Source: Alphaproteobacteria bacterium MarineAlpha9_Bin6
GTDB taxonomy: Bacteria > Pseudomonadota > Alphaproteobacteria > UBA7887
Assembly: GCA_002937585.1 (NCBI GenBank)
Contig: PTKE01000005.1
Coordinates: 1-62,024, forward strand
DNA length: 62,024 nucleotides
Direction of reading: 5' to 3'
Shown here: one piece after another, positions 19,164-29,344 of the stretch
Layout of the letters: each line of letters begins with the position of its first letter
Position numbering within the stretch: position 1 is the stretch's first letter
Program-made: the position numbers and the translations under genes
Notes under the pieces: model-generated
What the model saw: only the letters and a program-made list of their open reading frames with translations
Databases searched by the model: none
What the model was told of the DNA's origin: nothing

Positions 19164-20093
19164 ATGAATGGAATGATTATGGTGGAATTGGTTAAGGATA
19201 AGGTAGTGGTGGTGACTGGCTCTGGACGTGGCATTGGGCGCGAGATGGCGCTCCTGATGGCTGCTTATGGAGCCAAGGTAGTGGTCAATGACATTGGCGG
19301 CACTGAACGTGGTGATGGCGCCAATCAGGTGCCTGCGATGGAAGTGGTGGCAGAGATCAATGACTCTGGCGGCCAAGCCGTTGCACATTTTGGTAGTGTC
19401 TCAGAATTTGAATCAGCCCAGAGTATTGTAGATACGGCGCTCGAAAAATTCGGCCGGCTCGACGTTGTCATTAACAATGCTGGTATTTTGCGCGACGTGA
19501 TTTTTCATAAAATGACAGAAGAAGACTGGGACGCAGTCATTAACGTTCATTTGAAGGGCAGCTTCAATGTTAGTCGAGCCGCTGCGACAGTGTTCCGTGA
19601 GCAACAGTCAGGTTGCTTCGTTCATATGACCTCCACTTCCGGACTGATCGGAAACTTTGGTCAGGCCAACTATGCTGCTGCTAAGTTGGGGATAGTTGGT
19701 TTGGCTAAGTCGATTGCACTTGATATGGCGCGTTTCAATGTTCGTTCAAACTGTATTTCTCCGTTCGCCTGGACGCGGATGATTGGGACCATTCCAATTC
19801 ACGACGAGGCGCAAGCCCAGCGAATGGAAAAACTTAAGGAAATGAATCCGGCGAAGATAGCGCCACTGGCAGTGTATTTGGCGAGTGATGCTGCCACGGA
19901 TGTGTCAGGGCAAATTTTCGCGGTGCGTAACAACGAGATATTCCTGATGGGTCAATCGCGACCCTTACGGTCGGTGCAGCGTACCGAAGGATGGTGCCCT
20001 GAAACGATAGCTGCTCATGCGATTCCGGCGTTGGCAAAGCATTTTTACCCGTTGGACCGGTCCCAGGACGTGTTTGATTGGGATCCTGTATGA
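19164..20093 (+). CDS. SDR family oxidoreductase (hydroxyacyl-CoA dehydrogenase-like)
   Basis: TGSGRGIG, VVVND, NNAGILRD, GNFGQANYAAAK. Confidence 0.88.
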   Translation: MNGMIMVELVKDKVVVVTGSGRGIGREMALLMAAYGAKVVVNDIGGTERGDGANQVPAMEVVAEINDSGGQAVAHFGSVSEFESAQSIVDTALEKFGRLDVVINNAGILRDVIFHKMTEEDWDAVINVHLKGSFNVSRAAATVFREQQSGCFVHMTSTSGLIGNFGQANYAAAKLGIVGLAKSIALDMARFNVRSNCISPFAWTRMIGTIPIHDEAQAQRMEKLKEMNPAKIAPLAVYLASDAATDVSGQIFAVRNNEIFLMGQSRPLRSVQRTEGWCPETIAAHAIPALAKHFYPLDRSQDVFDWDPV

Positions 20094-20259
20094 CCGAATT
20101 TATACAGCGCATTATATAATGGGAAGTGACTATATTGTGGTCTCTTGCAACTTGCCGGACGCTTGCCACAATTTTAAAACAAGTTTAACGCAAGTACGCT
20201 GGCATGAGCAACGCGTTGAGCGGCGATTGCCGTAAGGCATTAAGTAGAAAGGGAGCGCG

Positions 20260-21300
20260 ATGCGACTGGGTTTACAACTGAGTTTGGCTGGGCCGAATTT
20301 TGCGATTGACATGGACTTGGTCCGTGAGGCGGAAACGCTTGGTTTTGACTCGGTCTGGACTGGCGAAGCCTATGGCTCGGATTCGGTGACACCTATCACG
20401 TGGGTTCTGGCCCAGACCGCTCGCATTAAGGCTGGCACCGCGATCATGCAAATGCCTGGCCGCACCCCCGCAATGGCAGCAATGACAGCAATGACATTGC
20501 AGGCCTTATCAGGCGGACGCTTTATCCTGGGCATCGGGCCGTCCGGACCCCAAGTTGTCGAAGGTTGGCATGGTGTGCCTTATGGAAAGCCTCTTACGCG
20601 GACTAGAGAATACATTTCGATCATACGCAAGATCCTGGCGCGGGAGAGTGCAGTAGAGTTTAAGGGGGAATATTACGAGCTTCCCTACACTGGCCCAGGA
20701 GCTACAGGGCTCGGAAAACCGTTACGCAGTATTATCAAGGGTGATCCGTCGCTCAAAATATATACCGCCGCAATTAGTCCCAATGGTGTTCGCACTAGCG
20801 CTGAGGTAGCGGACGGTGTATTTCCTTTCTTCACTGATCCCGAAAATTTCGAGGTTTTTGCAGGACCGATTGAAGAAGGATTTTCAAAAGCTAGAACCGG
20901 GAAAAGCCTAGAAAACTTTGAGGTGTTGCCGCTGGTCCAAGTTACTATCGGTGACGACCTCGAAGCCTGCCGACTTCCTACAAAGCAATTCCTTGCTCTT
21001 TACGGTGGTGGTATGGGCGCGCGTGGGAAAAACTTCTATAACGATCATATTAAGCGTTTGGGCTACGAAGAAGCAGCGGTCAAGATTCAGGATCTTTATT
21101 TAGGTGGCCAGAAACGTGCGGCTATTGGATCGGTGCCTGACGAATTGGTCGACAAGGTGGCATTGGTTGGCTCTAAAGATCGCATCCGCGACCGCTTAGG
21201 TGCATGGAAGGATGCAGCTGCGCAGCGCCACGTGGGGACTATGGTTGTCCCGGCGTCTGACGTAGACACCCTTCGGTTCCTTGCCGAGGAGTTACTCTAA
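20260..21300 (+). CDS. LLM-class probable F420-dependent oxidoreductase (Rv3520c-like)
   Basis: EAYGSD, IMQMPGRTPAMAAMTAMTL, SGPQVVEGWHG.PY.KPL.RTREY, GLGKPL, LY.GGMGA..KNFYN. Confidence 0.88.
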   Translation: MRLGLQLSLAGPNFAIDMDLVREAETLGFDSVWTGEAYGSDSVTPITWVLAQTARIKAGTAIMQMPGRTPAMAAMTAMTLQALSGGRFILGIGPSGPQVVEGWHGVPYGKPLTRTREYISIIRKILARESAVEFKGEYYELPYTGPGATGLGKPLRSIIKGDPSLKIYTAAISPNGVRTSAEVADGVFPFFTDPENFEVFAGPIEEGFSKARTGKSLENFEVLPLVQVTIGDDLEACRLPTKQFLALYGGGMGARGKNFYNDHIKRLGYEEAAVKIQDLYLGGQKRAAIGSVPDELVDKVALVGSKDRIRDRLGAWKDAAAQRHVGTMVVPASDVDTLRFLAEELL

Positions 21301-21357
21301 GCATGCGGGCAGAAATTAACCATATGCTGGCTAGCATGGATTGGTGCAGGACTTCCG

Positions 21358-23814
21358 ATGGTGGATGAAGTTTCTTTACATCAACACCCCTCGAATGAGG
21401 GGACGGTCATGTCAGCTGATGCGCTGCGTCACCTAGCGCGTGAGCTGGACCTTTCTGAATTGATTGTCCGAGCGAGTGTTCTTCGCGATCAAGGTCACGG
21501 AACAATCCAGACTTTTTCACCTAAGGTTTTTATCCCTCTCACCCATCTCTGCCGAGATGTATGCCATTACTGCACGTTTGCGAAGCCACCACGGCAGGGG
21601 GAAGCCGCGTATTTGACTCCTGATGAGGTATTGTCAATTGCCCGCGAAGGGGCCCTCGCGGGCTGCCATGAAGCTTTATTCACTCTCGGCGATAAGCCCG
21701 AGTTGCGATATCAGGTCGCTCGTGAGCAACTTGCCTTGCTCGGTCATGAGAACACAATTTCCTACCTGGTCGAGATGTGCGAGTTGGTCCTCAAGGAGAC
21801 TGGCTTGTTGCCGCACGCCAACCCTGGCGTGCTGGCGGCAGATGAAATTGCTGCGCTGCGTCGGGTTACCACGTCTCAAGGGATAATGTTGGAAAGTGCA
21901 GCTAAGCGATTATGCCAGCACGGCGGTCCGCATTTTGGCTCTCCTGATAAGGAGCCCGCTGTGCGCCTTGAAACCATCCGATCGGCCGGTGAACAGGCAG
22001 TACCAATTACGTCTGGAATTCTGATAGGGATCGGGGAAACGCGAGAGGAACGCATTGATGCATTGCTTGCTTTACGCTCCCTTCATCTTGAGCACGACCA
22101 TATCCAGGAAATCATTATCCAAAATTTCCGCGCTAAGCCCGATACTAAAATGGCTGATGCACCGGAGCCTGACCTAAATGAATTGATGTGGACGATTGCG
22201 ATCGCACGCATCGCATTTGGCTCGACGATGAATATACAGGCACCACCAAATCTCAGCCCGAATGTGTTTGGTCGCCTCATAGAAGCTGGGATCAATGATT
22301 GGGGTGGCGTTTCGCCGGTGACACTCGATCATGTCAACCCGGAAGCGCCGTGGCCTGAGGTGGGAATGCTTGCAGAAGCAACCAAGGAAGCCGGGAAGAC
22401 ACTAGTTCCAAGGCTCGCTATTTATCCTGAATACGTGAAAAATTTAGAGCGATGGCAAGATGATGGAGTGGCGTGCCATGTGCGCCACGTCGCAGACGCG
22501 GATGGTTTTGCGCGGCCCGAAGCATGGTCTCCGGGCTCATTAAACCCGGTACCTTCTAACAACGTAACTGACGGGCCGTTTGTTGCGGAATCATATGGCC
22601 AGATCGAATCCATTCTTAACCGCGCCTGTGATGGAATACGCCTCGAAGAAGGAGATATTGCACGAATGTTTCGTGCCCGAGGGGAAGAGGTTGATTTAAT
22701 TAGTCAGACTGCTGACGATTTACGTCGCGCGACTGTAGGTAACGTGGTCCGTTACGTCGTTAATCGAAATATTAATTATACAAATGTGTGTTACTTCCGT
22801 TGCCAATTCTGCGCTTTTTCGAAAGGAAAACTTAGCGAAAATTTACGTGGTGCACCGTACGATCTAGCGCTGGACGAAGTGACGCGAAGAGTCCAGGAGG
22901 CTTGGGAGCGCGGAGCCACGGAAGTATGTATGCAAGGTGGCATCCACCCAGATTACACAGGTGATACCTATCTCGAGATATGCAGAGCGGTGCGAGCGAC
23001 GGTACCGGATATGCACATTCACGCTTTTTCGCCGCTCGAGGTATATCAGGGTGCAGAGACATTGGGTATGCCAGTGAGTGATTTCCTGGAGAGTTTGCGG
23101 GAGGCTGGTCTTGACACACTCCCTGGCACCGCGGCAGAGATTTTGGATGACTCGGTGCGTGCAACTCTTTGTCCGGACAAGCTCAATACCGCGAGTTGGT
23201 TAGAGGTGATGGAGGCGGCACACCGGTGCGGTTTCCGCACCACTGCGACGATTATGTTTGGGCATATAGATGGTCCTGAAAATTGGGCTCGCCATCTGCT
23301 CAGAATCCGCGACCTACAGGCTAAGACTGGGGGATTTACTGAATTTGTGCCCCTTCCATTCGTTCACATGGAAGCCCCAATTTATCTAAAAGGTAAAGCA
23401 CGTCGAGGTCCAACTTGGCGAGAAACAATCCTTATGCATGCTATTGCGCGTCTGTCCCTGCATCCCCTAATCCCCAATATACAAGTATCGTGGGTCAAAT
23501 TGGGGCCGTGCGGCGCGAGCGCGTGCTTACAAACTGGTGCGAATGACCTTGGCGGTACATTAATGAACGAAAGTATTTCGCGTGCCGCTGGCAATGAGCA
23601 TGGCCAGGAAATGGGGCCGGCAAAAATGGAACATTTGATCAAGGCGATTGACCGTACACCCGAACAACGCACTACGCTCTATCAGGTAGCGCCAGCTGGT
23701 CAGCGCGAAAGATCATTTGGTGCGTCCCCCTTAGCCCCGATGGTTCAAACGCCGGCTGGGAAGTATGCTCGCACTGGCACTTCTTCGGACGTGACAGTTG
23801 GTGCTGCAGGTTGA
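21358..23814 (+). CDS. fbiC: FO synthase, bifunctional CofG-CofH fusion
   Basis: Two radical-SAM motifs (CRDVCHYC; NINYTNVCYFRCQFC), plus GINDWGGVSP.T.DHVNPE.PWP and NDLGGTLMNESISR.AG. Confidence 0.95.
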   Translation: MVDEVSLHQHPSNEGTVMSADALRHLARELDLSELIVRASVLRDQGHGTIQTFSPKVFIPLTHLCRDVCHYCTFAKPPRQGEAAYLTPDEVLSIAREGALAGCHEALFTLGDKPELRYQVAREQLALLGHENTISYLVEMCELVLKETGLLPHANPGVLAADEIAALRRVTTSQGIMLESAAKRLCQHGGPHFGSPDKEPAVRLETIRSAGEQAVPITSGILIGIGETREERIDALLALRSLHLEHDHIQEIIIQNFRAKPDTKMADAPEPDLNELMWTIAIARIAFGSTMNIQAPPNLSPNVFGRLIEAGINDWGGVSPVTLDHVNPEAPWPEVGMLAEATKEAGKTLVPRLAIYPEYVKNLERWQDDGVACHVRHVADADGFARPEAWSPGSLNPVPSNNVTDGPFVAESYGQIESILNRACDGIRLEEGDIARMFRARGEEVDLISQTADDLRRATVGNVVRYVVNRNINYTNVCYFRCQFCAFSKGKLSENLRGAPYDLALDEVTRRVQEAWERGATEVCMQGGIHPDYTGDTYLEICRAVRATVPDMHIHAFSPLEVYQGAETLGMPVSDFLESLREAGLDTLPGTAAEILDDSVRATLCPDKLNTASWLEVMEAAHRCGFRTTATIMFGHIDGPENWARHLLRIRDLQAKTGGFTEFVPLPFVHMEAPIYLKGKARRGPTWRETILMHAIARLSLHPLIPNIQVSWVKLGPCGASACLQTGANDLGGTLMNESISRAAGNEHGQEMGPAKMEHLIKAIDRTPEQRTTLYQVAPAGQRERSFGASPLAPMVQTPAGKYARTGTSSDVTVGAAG

Positions 23815-24514
23815 GGCGATACACGTGTCTTGCGACAAATTGCGAAAGCTGGCGGTCTTGGGGGGAACGGGTGATCAGGGGAGCGCGTTAGCGTTGCGGT
23901 GGGCGCTCGCCGGGCATCAAGTGACGCTGGGCTCCCGGTTGGCCGAACGGGCATGCAAGGTGGCTGACCAACTAAACAAACAGCACGACGGCGCCAAACT
24001 GCAAGGAGCGGGCAATAGAGACGCTGCTTCTGCCGCGGACGTTGTTATTCTTACCGTTCCCTTCAGCGCGCAGAGTGCCACAGTGGAGGAAGTGCGTGAG
24101 GTGCTTGATGGTAAAATATTAATTGATGTAACTGTTCCACTCGTGCCACCGAAGGTTGCTCGTGTGCAATTGCCAGATGGTGGATCGGCCGTTGTGAACA
24201 TCCAGAAGCTATTAGGAAATTCAGTTCGGGTAGTCTCTGCTTTCCAGAACGTGTCCGCCCAACACCTGAAGAACATCGATGGGCCGATCGATTGTGATGT
24301 CCTGGTGTGCGGGGACGATGTGGAAGCTCGAGAAGTGGCAATCGAGTTGGCGAATGCTGGAAGAATGCGAGGAATTCACGGTGGGCCGTTGGTAAATTCG
24401 GTGGTTGCGGAGGCTCTTACGTCTGTGCTTATCGGCATCAATAAGCGTTACAAGGTGCCTGGCGCAGGTATCTCAATCACCGGACTTTCGGACCAGACGA
24501 ACGGCCTTCGCTGA
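23798..24514 (+). CDS. npdG: F420H2:NADP+ oxidoreductase (Fno/NpdG)
   Basis: GGTGDQG..LA.RWA, GSR..ERA, D.TVPL, AFQNVSA, GPL.NS...E.LT..LI..N. Inside the F420 operon. Confidence 0.9.
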   Translation: MVLQVEAIHVSCDKLRKLAVLGGTGDQGSALALRWALAGHQVTLGSRLAERACKVADQLNKQHDGAKLQGAGNRDAASAADVVILTVPFSAQSATVEEVREVLDGKILIDVTVPLVPPKVARVQLPDGGSAVVNIQKLLGNSVRVVSAFQNVSAQHLKNIDGPIDCDVLVCGDDVEAREVAIELANAGRMRGIHGGPLVNSVVAEALTSVLIGINKRYKVPGAGISITGLSDQTNGLR

Positions 24515-24537
24515 GTTACCAGCTATATTGTGCGACC

Positions 24538-25335
24538 ATGCCTCACTCAGCGTCTGTTAAGTCCTCTCAACTAGTGTTTACCGCACTCACCGGCCTGCCG
24601 TTGATCCGTGCCGGCGACGACCTGGTTGCATTAATTTTGGGTGAGTGCTCCGCAGCTGGTGAGAAACTGTGTGACGGTGATATTTTGGTTCTAGCTCAAA
24701 AAATTGTCTCGAAAGCAGAAGGGCGAGTGGTGGATTTAGCTAGTGTCACTCCTTCGGCGGCAGCTTTGGCGTTGGCCCAATCATCAAACAAGGATCCCCG
24801 TCTGGTTGAGGTGATTCTCACCGAATCAAACGAAGTAATTCGCCAAAGGGAGGGTGCACTCATCGTCGAGAACCGGCTCGGAGTTGTGCTGGCAAATGCT
24901 GGGGTCGATATGTCCAACGTGGATCAAGATGGTGGTGATGCCGTACTGCTTTTACCCGAAGATCCGGATCGAAGTTGTGCTCTCCTGAGGGAGGGAATAA
25001 AGCAACGTGCCGAGGTTGATGTTGGTGTCATGATTAACGATAGCCTTGGTCGTGCTTTTCGTAATGGCACCGCGGGGGCCGCGTTAGGGGTTGCAGGAGT
25101 GCCGACGTTGGTAGATCTGTCCGGAACACCTGACCTATTCGGACGGCCACTCAGAGTTACGCAGGTTGCTATTGCTGATGAGCTCGCCGCAGCGGCGTCT
25201 CTCTTGATGGGGCAGGCAAACGAGGGCCGACCAGTAGTTCTGGTGCGTGGATTCCAATGTCATGCGGCACCAGGAAAGGGGCAGGATTTAATCCGGGTTA
25301 AGGAGCAGGACTTGTTTCGTGAGCCTATACGATGA
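24538..25335 (+). CDS. cofE: Coenzyme F420-0:L-glutamate ligase
   Basis: GDDL, KIVSKAEG, ANAGVD.SN, LLPEDPD.S, DELAAAA.L.MGQ..EG.P, DLFR. No C-terminal nitroreductase domain. Confidence 0.93.
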   Translation: MPHSASVKSSQLVFTALTGLPLIRAGDDLVALILGECSAAGEKLCDGDILVLAQKIVSKAEGRVVDLASVTPSAAALALAQSSNKDPRLVEVILTESNEVIRQREGALIVENRLGVVLANAGVDMSNVDQDGGDAVLLLPEDPDRSCALLREGIKQRAEVDVGVMINDSLGRAFRNGTAGAALGVAGVPTLVDLSGTPDLFGRPLRVTQVAIADELAAAASLLMGQANEGRPVVLVRGFQCHAAPGKGQDLIRVKEQDLFREPIR

Positions 25336-26300
25336 TTCTTGCTTTGGCCGGGGGTGTAGGCGGTGCAAAGTTGGCAAATGGCTTCGCAAAAATCCTCGAT
25401 CCCGATCAATTGCTTGTCGTGGTTAATACCGGCGATGATTTTGAGCATTTCGGGTTTCCGATTTCGCCGGACCTCGACACAGTAACCTACACCTTGGCGG
25501 GAATGAACAATGCTGAGGCTGGATGGGGTCTCGCCGGTGAGAGCTGGGAATTTATGAATGCGCTTGAGCGTCTGGGTGGGGAAGGGTGGTTTCGCCTAGG
25601 GGACCAGGACCTTGCCACCCACGTAATGCGCGCTAAATTTCTTAATGAGGGACAAAATTTATCTGATGTAACCGCAAGGATCGCACGTCGGTTTGGAATT
25701 TTACATCCAATTGTGCCGATGAGTGATCAACGAGTTCGGACCGTTGTTGAAACTGAAACAGGCAAAATGCCGTTCCAAATTTATTTTGTCCGTGAGCGGT
25801 GTGTCCCAGTGACTAAACACATACATTATGAAGGCGCAAACGAAGCTGTTCCATCGGAAAAATTTGCGGCGGCTTTGGATCGCGACGATCTTAGTTCAAT
25901 TATAATTTGTCCTTCTAACCCGTTATTGAGTGTTGCTCCGATCTTGGCGTTGCCAGAAGTAAGGGGGCGGTTGATTTCACATAATGCTCCGGTGATTGCT
26001 GTATCCCCAATCATAGGTGGGGAAACAGTGAAAGGGCCTGCGGCTAAAATTTTCAGAGAACTTGATCTTGAGGTGTCGGCGCTCGGTGTTGCCCGGTATT
26101 ACGGAGATCTGCTTGATGGCATAGTAATTGATTCTAAGGATGCTGCTTTAGCGTCTAGCATATCTGAAGTCGGGCCCCAGACGTTGGCCACCCGAATTTT
26201 GATGCAGTCGTCGAGTGACCAGATTCAGCTAGCGCGCGAAGTTATGGAGTTTTCCAAACTCCTTTCACGGCGAGATGACCGCGGCGTCGGTGAAACATGA
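25332..26300 (+). CDS. cofD: 2-phospho-L-lactate (phosphoenolpyruvate) transferase
   Basis: LAGGVGGAK, NTGDD, SPDLDTV.Y.LAG, WF.LGD.DLATH, PSNP..S..PIL, KGPA.K. Confidence 0.95.
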   Translation: MILALAGGVGGAKLANGFAKILDPDQLLVVVNTGDDFEHFGFPISPDLDTVTYTLAGMNNAEAGWGLAGESWEFMNALERLGGEGWFRLGDQDLATHVMRAKFLNEGQNLSDVTARIARRFGILHPIVPMSDQRVRTVVETETGKMPFQIYFVRERCVPVTKHIHYEGANEAVPSEKFAAALDRDDLSSIIICPSNPLLSVAPILALPEVRGRLISHNAPVIAVSPIIGGETVKGPAAKIFRELDLEVSALGVARYYGDLLDGIVIDSKDAALASSISEVGPQTLATRILMQSSSDQIQLAREVMEFSKLLSRRDDRGVGET

Positions 26301-26932
26301 GCGTGGTTGCGATTATTCCCGTGCGTTCGTTAATCGATGGAAAGACCCGGCTTGCACCGGTGCTCGATGGGGCGGAGCGTTACAAATTCAGTGCGCGTTT
26401 ACTAGCTCATACTCTGCGTACGACCGCAGCCTTAGCTGTTAATACCATGGTGGTTAGCCGGTGCCTGGAGGCACGCGAGATGGCCCATGCGTCCGGTGCA
26501 CACAATTTGTTTGAGGTAACTCGCGGTGGTCTGAATCCCGCTCTGAACAGGGCCTCTAAAGTAGCCCGCGCGCGCGGAGCGGCGCGGATTTTGGTTCTGC
26601 CGGCAGATTTACCATTTGTTTGTCTTGATGACCTTCATACTTTGATTTGGCATGCCGGGCGGGCAGGTGCTGCTATTGCGCCGGACCAACTTCGGGATGG
26701 AACAAACGCATTGTGCATACCGGCGGGGCATTCGTTCCGCTTTCGGTTTGGCGTAGGAAGCTTTTTTAGGCACCAACGTGAAGCAGGGAAGGTTGGTTTG
26801 GATATGGCAGTGGTTTGTCGTCCGTCGCTCGCTTTCGATGTTGACTGGCCCAATGACTTTTCCCAACTAAAAGCGTTGGAGGAACGCAATCGTGGCACCC
26901 ATTTCACAGCAGGTTTACAGAACACGACGTAG
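26297..26932 (+). CDS. cofC: 2-phospho-L-lactate/PEP guanylyltransferase
   Basis: IPV......KTRL, GLN.AL, PADLP, GTNAL, FG.GSF..H, DVD.P.D. Confidence 0.9.
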   Translation: MSVVAIIPVRSLIDGKTRLAPVLDGAERYKFSARLLAHTLRTTAALAVNTMVVSRCLEAREMAHASGAHNLFEVTRGGLNPALNRASKVARARGAARILVLPADLPFVCLDDLHTLIWHAGRAGAAIAPDQLRDGTNALCIPAGHSFRFRFGVGSFFRHQREAGKVGLDMAVVCRPSLAFDVDWPNDFSQLKALEERNRGTHFTAGLQNTT

Positions 26933-26933
26933 C

Positions 26934-27887
26934 TCAGTTCCCAATTTTGGGCATTACCTCGCTGGCAAAATGGTCCATCCTTTCCTTCGTCTCTGATACG
27001 GTTGCGCCAAAACAGTTAACTAAAATCATTTTAACACCGCTGTTTTTTAACCAACCAATGTCACCGGCAACATCCTCCGCATTGCCAGTAAAGGCGCGTC
27101 GCGTGCCGTCACGAGTTTCGGGTTCCTCCCGATACCAGTTCGTGAAGTAAGCGAGCTCTACGGCTGCTGGATCGCGGTTGGCCTCGGCAAGATATGTTCG
27201 GAGTTTGGTCAGCGCGGCGGAAAAGCGTTCCTGGGTATCGAGAGGGTAACGAGGATTTGAACCGATGGGAAACCACCCGTCGGCGAGTCGTGCCGCGCGG
27301 CGCAGTGCAGCGTCACTTTCGCCGCCGATCCAAATTGGGGGATGAGGTTTTTGCACCGGCTTGGGTTCGAAAATGATGCTTGAAAAGCGATTATATGCGC
27401 CATCAAATTCCGGTGTATCTTTGGTCCAGAGTTCACGGAAAACGTCAATAAATTCATCCGTGACCTTGCCGCGTTCTTTGAATGGAGGTGCGCCAATTGC
27501 TTCAAACTCCTCTCGCATCCAGCCAGTACCGCAACCTACTGTAAGGCGCCCATTTGAGAGGACATCAATCGAAGCAAGTATCTTGGCAGTTAACACTGCG
27601 CTTCGGTGCGGTACGACCATGACCGAAGTAAGTAGTCGAGCCTTGTCCGTAACCGCGGCGATGAAGGTCAGAGTCGTCAGTTGATCGAGCCAACCATTGT
27701 GTGCACGCAGTGGGAACTCGCCAGTCTGGCTATAAGGGTAGGTGGATTCAATATCTTCCGGAATTATGATGTGGTCCGGCGCTGATAAATAATTGCACCC
27801 CTTGGTCTCTCCATATTGCGCGAGAGCTGTGATGTCGGCCTTGTTAGCCATTGGGCCTAAAGACGGCATGACAAATCCGAATTCCAT
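26934..27887 (-). CDS. LLM-class probable F420-dependent oxidoreductase (paralog of 18183-19139)
   Basis: DHIIIP, STYPY, VVPHR, GWMREEF, FEPKPVQ, IGGES, LADGWFP. Confidence 0.85.
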   Translation of the reverse strand: MEFGFVMPSLGPMANKADITALAQYGETKGCNYLSAPDHIIIPEDIESTYPYSQTGEFPLRAHNGWLDQLTTLTFIAAVTDKARLLTSVMVVPHRSAVLTAKILASIDVLSNGRLTVGCGTGWMREEFEAIGAPPFKERGKVTDEFIDVFRELWTKDTPEFDGAYNRFSSIIFEPKPVQKPHPPIWIGGESDAALRRAARLADGWFPIGSNPRYPLDTQERFSAALTKLRTYLAEANRDPAAVELAYFTNWYREEPETRDGTRRAFTGNAEDVAGDIGWLKNSGVKMILVNCFGATVSETKERMDHFASEVMPKIGN

Positions 27888-28071
27888 TAAAATCTCCTTT
27901 TAAGAGCTAACCGGGCGAGCCCTACCGTATGAAAACTCAAGTACTACGTTCAATGTATCAATATTTCCTGAAGGAAAATCTTGCACCTAAATTACCGTGC
28001 TACGATGCTGGGTATTGCAACAGCAATACGTGGTTTCCAATTCTATGAATTAGGATCTACTTTGGCCGATC

Positions 28072-28497
28072 ATGTTTACCTCCGTGGAGCGAAAATTTGT
28101 TGAGCGCCTCCGAGTGGGCCGCCTGGCGACTGCTGATGCAGGCGGTGCCCCCCATGTGGTGCCAGTTTGTTTCGCATCCGAAGGCAACAACATATATATC
28201 ACGATTGACGAAAAACCGAAGGGAGCTTCGCCTAAGGGGCTCAAGCGGTTGCGTAACATCAGAGAAAACCCGCAAGTCGCGATCGTTATCGACGAGTATG
28301 AGGAAGACTGGTCGCGCTTGGCCTGGGTGCTTTTCCGAGGTTATGCAGAGATTCTTGAAAATGGTGATGAACACGCGTGGGCCCAAGATCTGCTTCGTGG
28401 TCGTTACCCGCAAATGCGTGGGATGACCCTAGAATCCCTGCCCGTAATAGCAGTGCGACTGAGCAAAGTAACGAGTTGGGGCGATTTAAACGCGTAA
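28072..28497 (+). CDS. PPOX-class probable F420-dependent enzyme (Rv0121-like)
   Basis: RLAT.D..G.PHVVPVCF, DEKPK, L.RLRNI..NP.V, D.Y.EDW..L.WV, L..RYPQ. Confidence 0.85.
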   Translation: MFTSVERKFVERLRVGRLATADAGGAPHVVPVCFASEGNNIYITIDEKPKGASPKGLKRLRNIRENPQVAIVIDEYEEDWSRLAWVLFRGYAEILENGDEHAWAQDLLRGRYPQMRGMTLESLPVIAVRLSKVTSWGDLNA

Positions 28498-28578
28498 CCT
28501 CTGAACCCGTGCTTGCGGAGTGATTGATTTTCAGAAAAGATTGACCTTCACTACTAATTTTTTTGGCGGAGGAAAGCC

Positions 28579-29010
28579 ATGCCGCTCGAGGTGATGGAAC
28601 ACTTTAACATCCGAGCTTCCAACATGGAGGCTACCAAAGATTTTTACTGCGATGTGCTGGGCATGCGCGTTGGCGAACGACCGCCTTTCGATTTCCCGGG
28701 GTACTGGATTTATTTAGGTGAGACAGCTTGTGTCCATTTAATTACTGCTGACTCTAACCCGGCTATGGAAAGCTATATTGGTGCGAAGGAAGGGACCTTA
28801 GAGGGGTCGGGCGCTATAGACCACGTTGCCTTTCGAGGTAGTGATGTGGGAGCGTTTGTTGCTAAGGCCAAGGCCCATAATGCGGAAATGATTCATCGTA
28901 AAGTCCCGGAATTTGGTATCCACCAGATATTTATCAAAGACCCAGACGGGATCACAATTGAACTTAACTTTCGTGGCGAAGATGCAAAGAACTTCGATCC
29001 TGACGCCTGA
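28579..29010 (+). CDS. VOC/glyoxalase family protein
   Basis: HFNI, FY.DVLG, RPPFDFPG.W, IDHVAF, F..DPDG..IELN; GGAGG RBS. Confidence 0.88.
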   Translation: MPLEVMEHFNIRASNMEATKDFYCDVLGMRVGERPPFDFPGYWIYLGETACVHLITADSNPAMESYIGAKEGTLEGSGAIDHVAFRGSDVGAFVAKAKAHNAEMIHRKVPEFGIHQIFIKDPDGITIELNFRGEDAKNFDPDA

Positions 29011-29344
29011 TTACTGCTCGGCTTCGTCAGTGACTCTGTTCATCAGGATTCTCGGTGCTCTGGGCACACGGGCGTATGGCAAAGTCGAGCGTGCTGAGTT
29101 TCTTTATCTTTAGGCGACAGAGATAAAGTAATGGGCTGTTCCAACGTACAGATCGACTTCGAGCCAAATATGGTTTAAGTCCGGCCGATCCAGAGGTTCG
29201 CTTGGGTCTTAATCCTGCGTGTACGCACGATTGAATTTAGGTCCGTTCGTACAGTACAAAGTTGGCAATGATTCCTTTAAATTCCGTCTTAGGTGGGAGT
29301 GCTGCAATATACTGGGGTCATCGTACTTATGGTTCGGCTTAGGC

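Noticed and set aside
29011-29344. Intergenic gaps (here, also 35494-35730 and 53235-53503) as possible sRNAs or gene relics
   Set aside because: I could not recognise any motif, stable structure or protein similarity by eye.
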